Source: an uncultured bacterium
GTDB taxonomy: Bacteria > Abyssobacteria > SURF-5
Direction: 5' to 3'
NCBI GenBank assembly: GCA_964607485.1
Contig: CAZSKP010000030.1
Location: 1-56,469 of the forward strand
DNA: 56,469 bases
Numbering within the stretch: the first letter of the stretch is position 1; each line of letters opens with the position of its first letter. The notes below the pieces were generated by a model. That model was not told the DNA's origin. It saw only the letters and a list, made by a program, of their open reading frames with translations, and did no database searches. Both the position numbers and the translations under genes were made by a program. Below are positions 10,236 through 20,337 of the stretch, one piece after another.

Positions 10236-11093
10236 GTGGAAATCGTTAATCGCGTGAAGAATAGAATCCTCGCTTGGACAGTCCCTATCGTGCTGCTCCT
10301 TACCATCTATTCGCGAGTCCTCCGCTGGCTGGTAGATAAGTGGGCCACCAGTCCTGCGGACTCGCACGGTTTTCTAGTTCCTCCTATATCGGCGTGGCTA
10401 ATCTGGCGGTCGCGGGCAATCCTGGCAGAAGCTGAAAAGTCGGCGGGGAGTGGCGGGCTGCTTCTCGTGGTCGGTGCCTTGATTGTCCAGGTGGTTTGCT
10501 CGCTCGTTGACGTTAAAACGGTTGGAGCGTACAGCCTCATCCTCTTCATCTGGGGATCTCTCTATTTCTTGTGGGGACGTGCCGTGAGCCGGACAGTGCT
10601 TTTCCCCATCGGATTCCTCATCTTCATGGTTCCGGTCTATGATGGGGTCATCGACCCGATAAGCTTACATCTGAAACTCCTGGTGGCGAAACTTGCGACG
10701 TGGGTGCTGGACGCCAGCGGAATCCTCGTCGTCGTGAGAGAGGGCGTGATGATTCACATGCCGTCGGGCTCCCTCGAGGTGGCCGATCCGTGCAGCGGTA
10801 TTCGCTCGCTCGTAGCCTTATTCGCCATGGGTGCGCTGTTGGCCTATCTCCACCGGGGCAGGTTGTGGGAGCGCCTTGCGATTGTCCTCACGGTCGCTCC
10901 AATCGCTGTCGTAGCCAATCTCTCTCGGGTCATCATGCTGTGTCTCATCACGGAGAGGTGGGGCACGGACGCTGTGGAGAGCCAACTCGTTCACACGCTC
11001 GCCGGTATCCTCGTTTACATCGTCGCGCTCGCATGCCTGGTATCGTTCGAACGATTGCTGTCGGGAAACCGGTCCCGGCGGGAGCCCGGCTAG
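10236..11093 (+). CDS. Exosortase (EpsH/Xrt family)
   Basis: About 8 hydrophobic helices; SHGFLVP; catalytic triad context VADPCSG (Cys), NLSRV (Arg), VHTLAG (His). Confidence 0.92.
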   Translation: MEIVNRVKNRILAWTVPIVLLLTIYSRVLRWLVDKWATSPADSHGFLVPPISAWLIWRSRAILAEAEKSAGSGGLLLVVGALIVQVVCSLVDVKTVGAYSLILFIWGSLYFLWGRAVSRTVLFPIGFLIFMVPVYDGVIDPISLHLKLLVAKLATWVLDASGILVVVREGVMIHMPSGSLEVADPCSGIRSLVALFAMGALLAYLHRGRLWERLAIVLTVAPIAVVANLSRVIMLCLITERWGTDAVESQLVHTLAGILVYIVALACLVSFERLLSGNRSRREPG

Positions 11094-11115
11094 ACTTGTC
11101 GCGGGAAGAGAAGAA

Positions 11116-11790
11116 ATGAGAGCAATGAAACAACATAAGAGAATATCAGCCTTTCAGAGGCGCTATCTCCTCCTTGTCAGCTTGCTTGTGATATCGATGC
11201 TGGGCAATATCGCCTATCGCAACATTCCTCACGAGTGGTCGGAGCTTCCCCGGCTACAAGAATTTCCCGAGCAGGTCGGAGAATGGAAACACGTCGGTGA
11301 TATCACGATGGACCGGCGCGTCGTCGATGTTCTGGGGGCGGACGGGCTGATATTCAGAGAATATCAAAATCCTCTCGGCGAGAGCGTTTTCCTCTGCATA
11401 ATGTATCATGCGAACGACCGTTACGGCGCACACTCGCCAGAGATATGCTACACGTCACAGGGTTGGGATATCCAGCTAGAGGGGACAGGGCGAACGAAGC
11501 GTGTCGCATTGCCGGACTCCCATTTGAAGGCTAATGAGTTCACCGTTGAGAAGGGAGATCAGAGACAAATAGTGCTTTATTGGTTCTTTGGCTCGGGCAA
11601 GCGACAAACTCCCAGCCGGTCTCTCCAAATGCTTGCAAATGCCGGGTATCGCCTCACGCATTCACTCAGCGTGAGCGGCTTCGTGAGAGTGAGCTCTCCC
11701 ATAGCCTCTACCACAGGAACCGACTCAATGAAACGCACAACCGAATTCGCCGACGAGGTAGCTCTCACAATCCCCTCACTCCTGCCCTGA
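11116..11790 (+). CDS. epsI: EpsI family exosortase-associated protein
   Basis: N-terminal TM, FPEQVGEW, HSPEICY..QGW, VLYWF and FVRVS; directly after the exosortase. Confidence 0.88.
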   Translation: MRAMKQHKRISAFQRRYLLLVSLLVISMLGNIAYRNIPHEWSELPRLQEFPEQVGEWKHVGDITMDRRVVDVLGADGLIFREYQNPLGESVFLCIMYHANDRYGAHSPEICYTSQGWDIQLEGTGRTKRVALPDSHLKANEFTVEKGDQRQIVLYWFFGSGKRQTPSRSLQMLANAGYRLTHSLSVSGFVRVSSPIASTTGTDSMKRTTEFADEVALTIPSLLP

Positions 11791-11953
11791 GAAAGCCAAC
11801 TGTGATTACAATATCGTAACCCCAACAAGCCCGTTTTTTCCTTTAGCGAAATAACGATCGAGCATATATGATCCCCTCCTAGACAGAAGTTAACCCCTTG
11901 GTTGACAGCCTATTCCGTGGAAACCCGCTCGGTTCCAATGATGGCCGATTTTG

Positions 11954-11970
11954 TTGGCACACCTCTTGCT
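11954..11970 (+). promoter_or_regulatory. Sigma-54 (-24/-12) promoter
   Basis: TTGGCACACCTCTTGCT matches TGGCAC-N5-TTGC(A/T) exactly, intergenic upstream of the large secreted protein; IHF-like AACCAAGGGGTTA on the minus strand at 11891-11903. Confidence 0.8.
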
Positions 11971-12315
11971 CAACTGTTGCCCGATTCCAAGAGTCGGATT
12001 GTCCCTTAATTGAATAGCTGCTATAATGACTCGTTATTATGAACGTAATATTCCCAGACCAACGCTTGCTTGTATCCGGATCTTCCACCGCGCAGCCTGC
12101 GTGTGGCGATGCGATACTCGTGGTTCATGGACAATCCCCAAATGAGGCGCGTGGCGGACAATTTGGACCGGGGCGTGATTAGGAAAAGACGTACGCATAT
12201 GCGTCAGATGTTCACATCGACGGTCTGCGCTGTCGGGGTATGGAGCCGGGATAAGCAGAACGGATCTTCGCCGATTCAAGGATCCGACAGGTCTGCAAAC
12301 AAATGGAGGTCAGCG

Positions 12316-15300
12316 ATGAGGGCTTCTAAAGCGATACTAGCCGCGACGTTGACATTGGCCTTTACAGTGATGCTCTCCCCTGTCGTTCATGCTTACACGG
12401 TAGTCCCGGGGCATCCGAGAGTCGATATAAGACCAGCAGATATCCCAACATTTGCGACTCGTGCTACGGGCAGCCACTCCAGTGAATATGGTACCCTCAA
12501 GTCTTGGTGTGACAGTCACATATCCGATTCGACGTCGATGGGTAGTACGACGATGGGTTATCACATCGAGGCCTATGCCTTTGTTTACCTTGTCGAGAAG
12601 CAACTGGGACATTCTTATTCCGCATATAGCAACCGCGCGAAAACACTTCTTGCGGCGATGTCTGGAAACCTCTCGTACAATGCAAACGAGGCCAACCGTG
12701 CGTTTGCACGAGGATTCGATTGGGTCTATGGTGAGCTGACGGCCTCCGAGAGAAGCAGTTATGCCTCCAAGCTCGCCACAATGGGCGACAATATGATGAA
12801 TTATTCCGACACGTCGGGAACCCACCGAATGGCAAGATATGTAGGTTCCTTGGTCCATGTCGGGTTAGCGCTCTATGATGATAATCCCTCGAAAGCTCAG
12901 CAATTCTTGGACCGGAGTCACTGGCATCTCTTGGACCCGGCTAATGTCTATCGAACCGTCGATAGTTGGGAGGAAATCGGCGGCGATGGCAACATGTATG
13001 CGGGCGATTATACGCATACAAATGGGCTCCGTTGGCCTGCCGAGTGGGTACACGCGTGGGATGTCGGAACCGATGGCGAGGACATCATGCCCACTTTCGG
13101 CCATCTGAAATACGCCAGTCTGTTCTATTGTTACTCGGCAAGGCCGAATCTCGTGAAACAACAAGTAGGGGATGGTTATCTGTATCCTAAAGACCCGCAA
13201 GCCCAAATAGCATTATACATGCTCGCAAATGTCTATCGCGACGGGCACGCTGAGTGGATGGCGAGCCAGACTGGACTTTATTGGAACACGCCTCAACATT
13301 GGCGCTATATCGCGTGGAACGACAAGAGCGTGAGCGTGCAACCCCCCAACGACCTTCCGAAGGTTCACTTTTTCAACATCTACGGCGCAACGTATATGCG
13401 AAGTGGATGGGATTTGACGAGCGGCAGCAGCGACATTATTTCTAATTTTCGGTGTCATGTGCGCCCCGATTTCCACAGTCATTGCGACCAGGGAGCGTTT
13501 GAGATTCATCGCGGCCCCGATTATCTGGCAATAGACAGCGGATACGGCGATTGCGACAAAGGCGAAAGCCCGCCGGGTTATCATTTCCCACATTATTATG
13601 TGCAGACGGTCGCACATAATTCGATGCTGATTTATGACCCGGACGAGGTTTTTGACTGGGCCGGCGGAAGCGCTGCGAAAATACGAGCGAACTCCGGCGG
13701 ACAACAATTCAAATATCGTTTGGGACCGTTCCCTTATGGTTCAAGAGCCCCTGGGGGACGGAACGCAATAGGTTTCCTTAAGAAATATCATGACGACACG
13801 AATTATACATATAATTATGCCGACCCAACCGTCGCCTATAGCAGCACTGGATGTGAACTTGACGGTGTGAACACGAAGATTGACAACTTCACGCGCCAAT
13901 ATATTTATTTGAAAGACCGGTTCTTCGTCGTATTCGACAGGGTACACTCGCTGGACAATCCACCCAGCAACGTCTTCAAGAAAAGCTGGCTTCTTCATTC
14001 CATCAATGCACCCGTTATAGAAGATAGTGGCGGTTGGAACGGTGGTGCAACGCCGAACGCCTACGGCGGAACTCCGGGAACGACCTCTTCCAATGCAAAC
14101 GTGTTTTCAGTAAGCCGTGGCAACAGCAAACTCTATATCGATACCGTTTACCCCGTGAATCATGTTGCCACGAAAATCGGCGGTCCCGATGCAAACGGCA
14201 ACTACAATAACGCCGGCTCGTATGAATGGTGGGCAGCGGGAGAAAACCACTACGACACATTTGACCACGGTCCCATAGAAGAAGACGGGCGCTGGCGTCT
14301 TGAGATCAGTCCGAGCGGCGTTGATGTTCGACGCGACAACATATTCCTCCATGTGCTTGAGCCGGTAGCAGCTACGGCTGCGCGAACGCCGGTTGCGCGT
14401 ATCGAAGATCCGGCGAATGGCTTTTACGGCGTCCACATCCGTCATGCGAGCGAGCCATGGGTCGTGATGTGCAGCGAACAGGAACAGCTTAAACAGGCCG
14501 TCTCGTACTCGATCACCGCGACCGGCACCGTGCGCCACCTTATCTGCGACCTGGCATCAGGTTCCGGCCAATACAATGTGTACAGGAACGGCCAGTTAAT
14601 CCCGGGTTCACCGTTTCCCGTGACCGAGAGCAACACGCTTTACTTCGAAGCCAGCGGCGGAGGCACCTTCACAGTATCGGAAGGACCACCCCCGATGGTC
14701 ACGATTAATCCCGTTACGACGCCGACGGCAAACGCCACGCAGACCATAACCGGAACCAAGACGACGACCGTCCAGACGATCCAGGTCAACGGGAGCACCT
14801 CGGGCGTATCGATCACAAGCTCCACCACATGGTCATACGCCGCGCAGCTTGCAGAAGGCGGCAATGCGTTCCACGTGACCGCCCACAACAGCTCCGGCGC
14901 CGAAGTTGGGTTCGCGGACACCAGCATTACTCTCGACTCCGTCCCACCCAATTCGCCAACGAGCTTGAATGCAACGACCATTACCGACCATTCCATCTCG
15001 CTTGCCTGGAATCCGCCCGCGGCGGCCTCCGACGGAGACACGGCCTCGTCCTATCTCATAAGGCGCGATGGAGTCCAGATCGACACGGCTACGTCGGCTT
15101 CCTACACCGACCTCGGTCTCACAGCCTTGACGAGTTACTCATATGAAGTGTTCGCCGTGGATGATATAGGCAATGTGAGCGCAACCGGTGCCTCCGGAGG
15201 GTTCACGACTCTTGAGGCGCCCTCTTTCGAGACCACCTCAGTCAATTTTGAGCAGCCCGTTTCCGTTACGCCAAGCGGTTTCCTGAAAGACAGCGGACTG

Positions 15301-16029
15301 CCTTATGATTCGGGACGCGGGTATGGATGGGACACCGACCTAAGCTCAGACACCCGCGACCGCGAACTCAACACCGATCAGAAGATAGACACGTTCATAT
15401 TCGCCACTTCCACCGCCCACACGTGGCAATACGACATCCCGAACGGAGAATACTTGATTTCGCTCGCAGCAGGAGACTATTGGGCAGCCGGACCCCATCG
15501 GATCAACGTGGAAGGGGCGGCGTTCATCAGCGACCAGTCGACGGTCGGGGAAGAATACATCTACGTCGATCGGCAGCCCGTAACAATTGCGGATGGCAAC
15601 CTCACGGTCGTCATTGGGGGATCCTCGGGACGCACCTGTCTGAATTATGTCATTATTGAAGGCCAGGGAGGACCGCCGCCAACCGATGAGACGCCTCCCA
15701 CCGGAACCGCCTCTATTAACGCCGGCGCGGAAAGAACGAACTCAAGCGTCGTCGTTCTATCTCTTCTTGCAACGGACAGCGGCAGCGGAATGGGAACGGG
15801 CGCGCAGATGCAGTTCAGCAACGATAGCTCGTCGTGGTCCTCTCCCGAGCCTTACGCGACGTCGAAGTCCTGGAGCCTCATCGATGTCGCTTCCGGAAAT
15901 GAAGGGACACGCACCGTCTATGTCAAGTTCAAAGATGTCGCCGGCAATTGGAGCCAGCCAATCAACGATTCCATTATTCTCGACAAGAGGCCGCCGCAAA
16001 CTCCGTTTGGCCTACAGATCGGAGGCTGA
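12316..16029 (+). CDS. Secreted multidomain heparinase II/III-like polysaccharide lyase with Ig-like, FN3 and carbohydrate-binding-like domains
   Basis: GGAGG RBS at 12305 and signal peptide MRASKAILAA...VHA; HSHCDQGAF, LAIDSG and TVAHNSMLI heparinase II/III-type motifs; FN3 (SISLAW..SYEVFAVD..GNVS); GRGYGW/PNGEYLI jelly-roll; final Ig-like domain. The frame is open from 12070. Confidence 0.75.
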   Translation: MRASKAILAATLTLAFTVMLSPVVHAYTVVPGHPRVDIRPADIPTFATRATGSHSSEYGTLKSWCDSHISDSTSMGSTTMGYHIEAYAFVYLVEKQLGHSYSAYSNRAKTLLAAMSGNLSYNANEANRAFARGFDWVYGELTASERSSYASKLATMGDNMMNYSDTSGTHRMARYVGSLVHVGLALYDDNPSKAQQFLDRSHWHLLDPANVYRTVDSWEEIGGDGNMYAGDYTHTNGLRWPAEWVHAWDVGTDGEDIMPTFGHLKYASLFYCYSARPNLVKQQVGDGYLYPKDPQAQIALYMLANVYRDGHAEWMASQTGLYWNTPQHWRYIAWNDKSVSVQPPNDLPKVHFFNIYGATYMRSGWDLTSGSSDIISNFRCHVRPDFHSHCDQGAFEIHRGPDYLAIDSGYGDCDKGESPPGYHFPHYYVQTVAHNSMLIYDPDEVFDWAGGSAAKIRANSGGQQFKYRLGPFPYGSRAPGGRNAIGFLKKYHDDTNYTYNYADPTVAYSSTGCELDGVNTKIDNFTRQYIYLKDRFFVVFDRVHSLDNPPSNVFKKSWLLHSINAPVIEDSGGWNGGATPNAYGGTPGTTSSNANVFSVSRGNSKLYIDTVYPVNHVATKIGGPDANGNYNNAGSYEWWAAGENHYDTFDHGPIEEDGRWRLEISPSGVDVRRDNIFLHVLEPVAATAARTPVARIEDPANGFYGVHIRHASEPWVVMCSEQEQLKQAVSYSITATGTVRHLICDLASGSGQYNVYRNGQLIPGSPFPVTESNTLYFEASGGGTFTVSEGPPPMVTINPVTTPTANATQTITGTKTTTVQTIQVNGSTSGVSITSSTTWSYAAQLAEGGNAFHVTAHNSSGAEVGFADTSITLDSVPPNSPTSLNATTITDHSISLAWNPPAAASDGDTASSYLIRRDGVQIDTATSASYTDLGLTALTSYSYEVFAVDDIGNVSATGASGGFTTLEAPSFETTSVNFEQPVSVTPSGFLKDSGLPYDSGRGYGWDTDLSSDTRDRELNTDQKIDTFIFATSTAHTWQYDIPNGEYLISLAAGDYWAAGPHRINVEGAAFISDQSTVGEEYIYVDRQPVTIADGNLTVVIGGSSGRTCLNYVIIEGQGGPPPTDETPPTGTASINAGAERTNSSVVVLSLLATDSGSGMGTGAQMQFSNDSSSWSSPEPYATSKSWSLIDVASGNEGTRTVYVKFKDVAGNWSQPINDSIILDKRPPQTPFGLQIGG

Positions 16030-16303
16030 CGGACTGAGCCGAAAAAAAACCGATGCAGGGTCTTCGGGCGAAAAGTAGGCCATGCAAGACTTGTCCTAAA
16101 GTTTACCATCCTTCTTGAACCTTCGATTTCAAGAGAACGAAAGACGCTCTTGTAAATTCCCTCCTAATTTGCTAACATTTCGGTGGGTGGCTCTGTCTTC
16201 GGATCACGAGTCAAGAAAGTCTGGAATCGCAAAGAGCGTCCGAGCGTTGTGAAATGCAAGTCGAACCAAGGCCGACAGTCCTTGAAAGTGGCGCACTGCT
16301 GAT

Positions 16304-17806
16304 ATGAAACGAGCTACTCGCGACTTCTCCGGTTCCTCTAAACAGAGTCCTTTCAAAAGCTACCTGTTGCTCATCCTGATTCCGATCACAATATTCTATT
16401 TGCTCACATTAAGGCCGGGACACGACTGGGGAGGCGATTTTGCCCAGTACATCGGTCATGCGAAGAACATCGCGAGTGGAAAGCCTTACGCAGAGATTGG
16501 ATATATTTATTGTCCATACTACCCCACAAAGGGTCCTCGGGAATATCCCCCCGGATTTCCGATGCTTCTTGCCCCGATCTACCGGATTTTCGGTTTGTCT
16601 TTTCTCGCTTTCAAACTGGAGATTCTCGCCTTTTTGCTGGGTTCCACGATTGTCCTCGTGCTCTTTTCGAGAGAATACCTATCAGACGTCTCAAAAGGAG
16701 TTTTCATTCTTCTTTTTGCAATGAACCCGTATGTCGTTTCTCTTAAGGACCACGTGATATCGGATATTCCGTTCTTGTTTTTTGTCTTTGTGTTTCTTGT
16801 TTGGACCAATAAAGTATACGAATCCAAGGGCTTTACCCTTAAAGCTGCCGCTATTTGCGGGGTCCTGATTTTTGTTTCGTATCTAATCCGGGGACCAGGA
16901 CTGCTGCTGATTCCAACTCTTCTCGTGTACGACGTTTATTCACACAGGAAGATTTCTGGTTTTGCTCTCATCGCAGTTTCCGTTTCAGTCGTTTTGACCT
17001 TGCTGAGCAAGGTCTTTTTTCACTCGGAGACCTCATATGTTGAACAGTTCTTGAGATGGAGACCCGGCGTCGTTCCTTACAACATTCGATATTATCTCTC
17101 GGCATTCAGCGAACTCTGGCCGCAGATTGCCGGGATACAAGCATCCAAGTACGTCTTGTTTGTGTCGGCATCACTCCTGGCAGCTGTCGGCCTTGGAGTG
17201 CGTCGGAGAATTTCTATAGGCGAGATCTTCCTGGCGGGTTACGTCGCGTTGATCTTGCTTTTCCCCTTCCGGCAGGGTTTGAGGTATTTTTTGCCGGTGA
17301 TTCCGTTCTATTTCCTATACTTACTGGTCGGAGTTGAATTCGCAACAAAGATGGTCAAACAAGTAGCAATACGCCGTATCATCGTTGGACTTCTTGCGTC
17401 TCTTGCCTGTGCATCGTATCTATCAGGCCTTACGGTTATCGTGAGAGACTCATCATCGCTTCCGGACGGTCCGTTTGTTCCAGAGGCAACCGAGATGTTT
17501 GGATATCTTCGTGAGAAGACCAGCCCGGATGCCACAGTCGTTTTCACGAAACCTCGGGTTCTCGCCCTCTTTTCGGGCCGCTCCGCGACTGCTTATCCCC
17601 TTTCCCAGGATGATGAATTTGTTCTCAAGTATTTCAAGGACGTTGGTGTCGATTACGTTATCGCGGACCTCAACAGTGAAGACGATACACAATATCTCAT
17701 TCCCATAATTCGTAAGAGGCCTTCGGATTTTCAAGAGGTGTTCCGCAATGAACGATTTGCCGTCTACATGTTTGAGGACAACGTGAGCCAAACAGTCAAT
17801 GGATAG
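16304..17806 (+). CDS. GT-C membrane glycosyltransferase (ArnT/PMT-like)
   Basis: Multi-TM; WGGDFAQY first-loop Asp, YPPGFP, ISDIPF and RYFLP; C-terminal soluble domain. Confidence 0.75.
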   Translation: MKRATRDFSGSSKQSPFKSYLLLILIPITIFYLLTLRPGHDWGGDFAQYIGHAKNIASGKPYAEIGYIYCPYYPTKGPREYPPGFPMLLAPIYRIFGLSFLAFKLEILAFLLGSTIVLVLFSREYLSDVSKGVFILLFAMNPYVVSLKDHVISDIPFLFFVFVFLVWTNKVYESKGFTLKAAAICGVLIFVSYLIRGPGLLLIPTLLVYDVYSHRKISGFALIAVSVSVVLTLLSKVFFHSETSYVEQFLRWRPGVVPYNIRYYLSAFSELWPQIAGIQASKYVLFVSASLLAAVGLGVRRRISIGEIFLAGYVALILLFPFRQGLRYFLPVIPFYFLYLLVGVEFATKMVKQVAIRRIIVGLLASLACASYLSGLTVIVRDSSSLPDGPFVPEATEMFGYLREKTSPDATVVFTKPRVLALFSGRSATAYPLSQDDEFVLKYFKDVGVDYVIADLNSEDDTQYLIPIIRKRPSDFQEVFRNERFAVYMFEDNVSQTVNG

Positions 17807-18119
17807 GACCAACGAGGGTCAAAGCGGGAAATCGGGCGGTCGGAAGCAAACCCATTCCAGCCGTTCCCCCCGTTCAGAACCGCACGATCGATTCCCACCG
17901 ATCTGGGAACCGTCTTTTCCGAATCTATTAATTTCGATATCACTCTGCGTTGAAGGCCCCGTTGCCTGAGAACTCTTCCAAGACTGCCGCTGCAAGCGAC
18001 ACACCGCTCCTTCACCTCCCCCAAAGAGCCCGGGAGGTCCGTCTTGACATCGACTCAGCTTAGCAGTATGCTTACTACTTGGAGAAAACAATGTCCAATG
18101 CCCATGTCTTTGGGGCAGA

Positions 18120-20249
18120 TTGTTCGCGGGAAGGGAGTTTCGCACGGAATTGAAGATACCTCCGGTTGCTAACGGCAATGGAAAGAATGTTGGCAGAGGG
18201 CTAACCCGGGACCTTTCTCTCTTGTTATTCGTTGCCGCGGCAAGTGGTGCGGCAGGGCTTTTCTCAGTATTGCGCGAACCTCAGGGGTGGATTCTGGTAC
18301 CCCGGGCCTGGATGGGAACCCTCAGCGTTCAACGCTTGCTCCATGTCATCTTGGGCATGGGCCTACCCGTTTGGGCGGCCATCTGGGCGGTCATAGGTCT
18401 TGAGCTTGACGGGCTCATCCTATTCGTGGCCAAGAAAAGGAGTCTTCGCCTCCATCGGGTTTCCTTTGTCGCGCTCTGGCTGCTCGCTTATTTTGGGGGA
18501 TCAGCGACGCTGCTTGCGTTTGCTCCCGAATCCTGGGCGGCTGCATTATTGAAAAGGTTTCCATATTCGGTTGCACCCGTGGCGGCGGCATTGGCCCTGC
18601 CGACCCACGTGTTGTCTGTCGCTTTGTTCGACAATCAGCGAGTCCCGAGAATTCGATCTTTCGCAGTGGTCATGGGGGGGGCCGCTGCCTGTCTGGCAGC
18701 GATATTCGCCAATATCTACTGGCTTCCCGATCTTCTCTCAGTGAGTAGCCTGGTTTGGACAGTTGCCATATTTCTCTCGGGGTTGGTCCTCGCCTCAGTG
18801 CTCTGGGTCATCGACCTTCAGACATTGGAGCGAGTTCTTCAGAGGCTGTCTAACGCTTGTCTGCTCAGACCCGTTCTCCCCACGTTCTTGCTCGCATCTG
18901 TGTTGGTGGTAGCGATATTGTCGGGAATCGAGCGGCCTCGGGCCGCTGCTGAAAAAAGACCGACGCGTCCAAATATTATTCTGGTTACGGTAGATACCCT
19001 CCGTGCGGACCATCTGAGCAGCTACGGATATCACTTAGTCACCTCTCCGAATCTCGACCATTTCGCTGAAGAAGCCACGAGATTTACCCACTGCATATCC
19101 TGCGCCCCGATTACCAATCCCTCCGTGGCGTCTATCATGACCTCGCAGTATCCTTCTTTCCATTCGTTAGGGGCAGCCGGGGGCAATAGGCAACCGATGC
19201 TGTTGAGCGAAGTGACGCTGGCAAAGGTTCTATCCAAAAACGGATACCGGACTGCGGCTTTCGTGAGCAATTTTGTGCTTAGGCGAAAGATGCGCTTCTA
19301 CGTGGGATTCGATCTGTACGACGATACGTTCACTTCGTACGAGCCCACGCGTGGTCTGTTAGAGAGAACTGCCGACAAAACCACGGAATATGCTCTGAAC
19401 TGGTTGAAGAACGGTGCAAAAGAGAGTTTCTTCCTGTGGGTACATTACCAGGACCCTCACGGCCCTTATACACCTCCGGAACGCTATCTGGAGCACTTCC
19501 CCGAACGCACTTATTCAAGCGGTCCAAAAACGCTGCCAGTTACGGACAACACCGGTAAGGGCGGCATACCCGAGTACCAGTATTTCAGCGGCCAAACATC
19601 TCCGGCGTATTACCGGTCTCGATATGACGGGGAGATCGCCTACGCCGACGAATGTATCGGTCGGCTTTTCGCGGGGATAAAAACCCTGGGGTTGTGGGAA
19701 AGATCAATTGTGGTCTTCACCGCCGACCATGGTGAGTCCATGGGCGAACATGGATACTACTTCTGTCATCAGCAGGACGTCACAGACGAGCTGCTTCATG
19801 TGCCCCTCATCATTCGCATACCCGGGGCGGAGCAAGCTCGGAAAGTCGACGAGTTGGTGTCGACCATCGACATCGGCCCGACACTCCTGGAGTCTGCGGG
19901 AGTGGTAGAGAAACTGGGAACCAGCGGCTTAAGCCTGATGCCTCTTATACGAGGGAGAACTCAAAGCCTCGGCCGCGAGCATGTTGTTTCGGAGGACACT
20001 CACGGCCGAATATGTTTTCATTCGCGCGAGACGAAATATATCTCGGGTCCTGATGGCGAGCGGCTCTATGATTTGACCCGGGACCCGCTTGAATCGAAGA
20101 ATGTCCTCAAAGAGAAACCGGACCTCGCCCTTACGTGGCATCCTGTCCGAGACAGTTACTTAAGCGAGGCCAAACCGCGTAGCGGGACCGTTCAGCCTCC
20201 AGATCGCCGTGATGTCGAAACGCTCAAGAGCCTCGGCTACATTAACTGA
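18120..20249 (+). CDS. Membrane-anchored sulfatase/alkaline-phosphatase-superfamily protein
   Basis: N-terminal TM bundle; PNIILVTVDTLRAD, WVHYQDPH, YDGEI and TADHGE; start codon uncertain. Confidence 0.85.
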   Translation: MFAGREFRTELKIPPVANGNGKNVGRGLTRDLSLLLFVAAASGAAGLFSVLREPQGWILVPRAWMGTLSVQRLLHVILGMGLPVWAAIWAVIGLELDGLILFVAKKRSLRLHRVSFVALWLLAYFGGSATLLAFAPESWAAALLKRFPYSVAPVAAALALPTHVLSVALFDNQRVPRIRSFAVVMGGAAACLAAIFANIYWLPDLLSVSSLVWTVAIFLSGLVLASVLWVIDLQTLERVLQRLSNACLLRPVLPTFLLASVLVVAILSGIERPRAAAEKRPTRPNIILVTVDTLRADHLSSYGYHLVTSPNLDHFAEEATRFTHCISCAPITNPSVASIMTSQYPSFHSLGAAGGNRQPMLLSEVTLAKVLSKNGYRTAAFVSNFVLRRKMRFYVGFDLYDDTFTSYEPTRGLLERTADKTTEYALNWLKNGAKESFFLWVHYQDPHGPYTPPERYLEHFPERTYSSGPKTLPVTDNTGKGGIPEYQYFSGQTSPAYYRSRYDGEIAYADECIGRLFAGIKTLGLWERSIVVFTADHGESMGEHGYYFCHQQDVTDELLHVPLIIRIPGAEQARKVDELVSTIDIGPTLLESAGVVEKLGTSGLSLMPLIRGRTQSLGREHVVSEDTHGRICFHSRETKYISGPDGERLYDLTRDPLESKNVLKEKPDLALTWHPVRDSYLSEAKPRSGTVQPPDRRDVETLKSLGYIN

Positions 20250-20337
20250 AAGAGACATCGGCCAGTTATCTATCTCTCCCCATGCGGCATGTCAGCTCAA
20301 CTTGGCGGACGCAGGCCTCTTGGCATCACTCCGCTCA

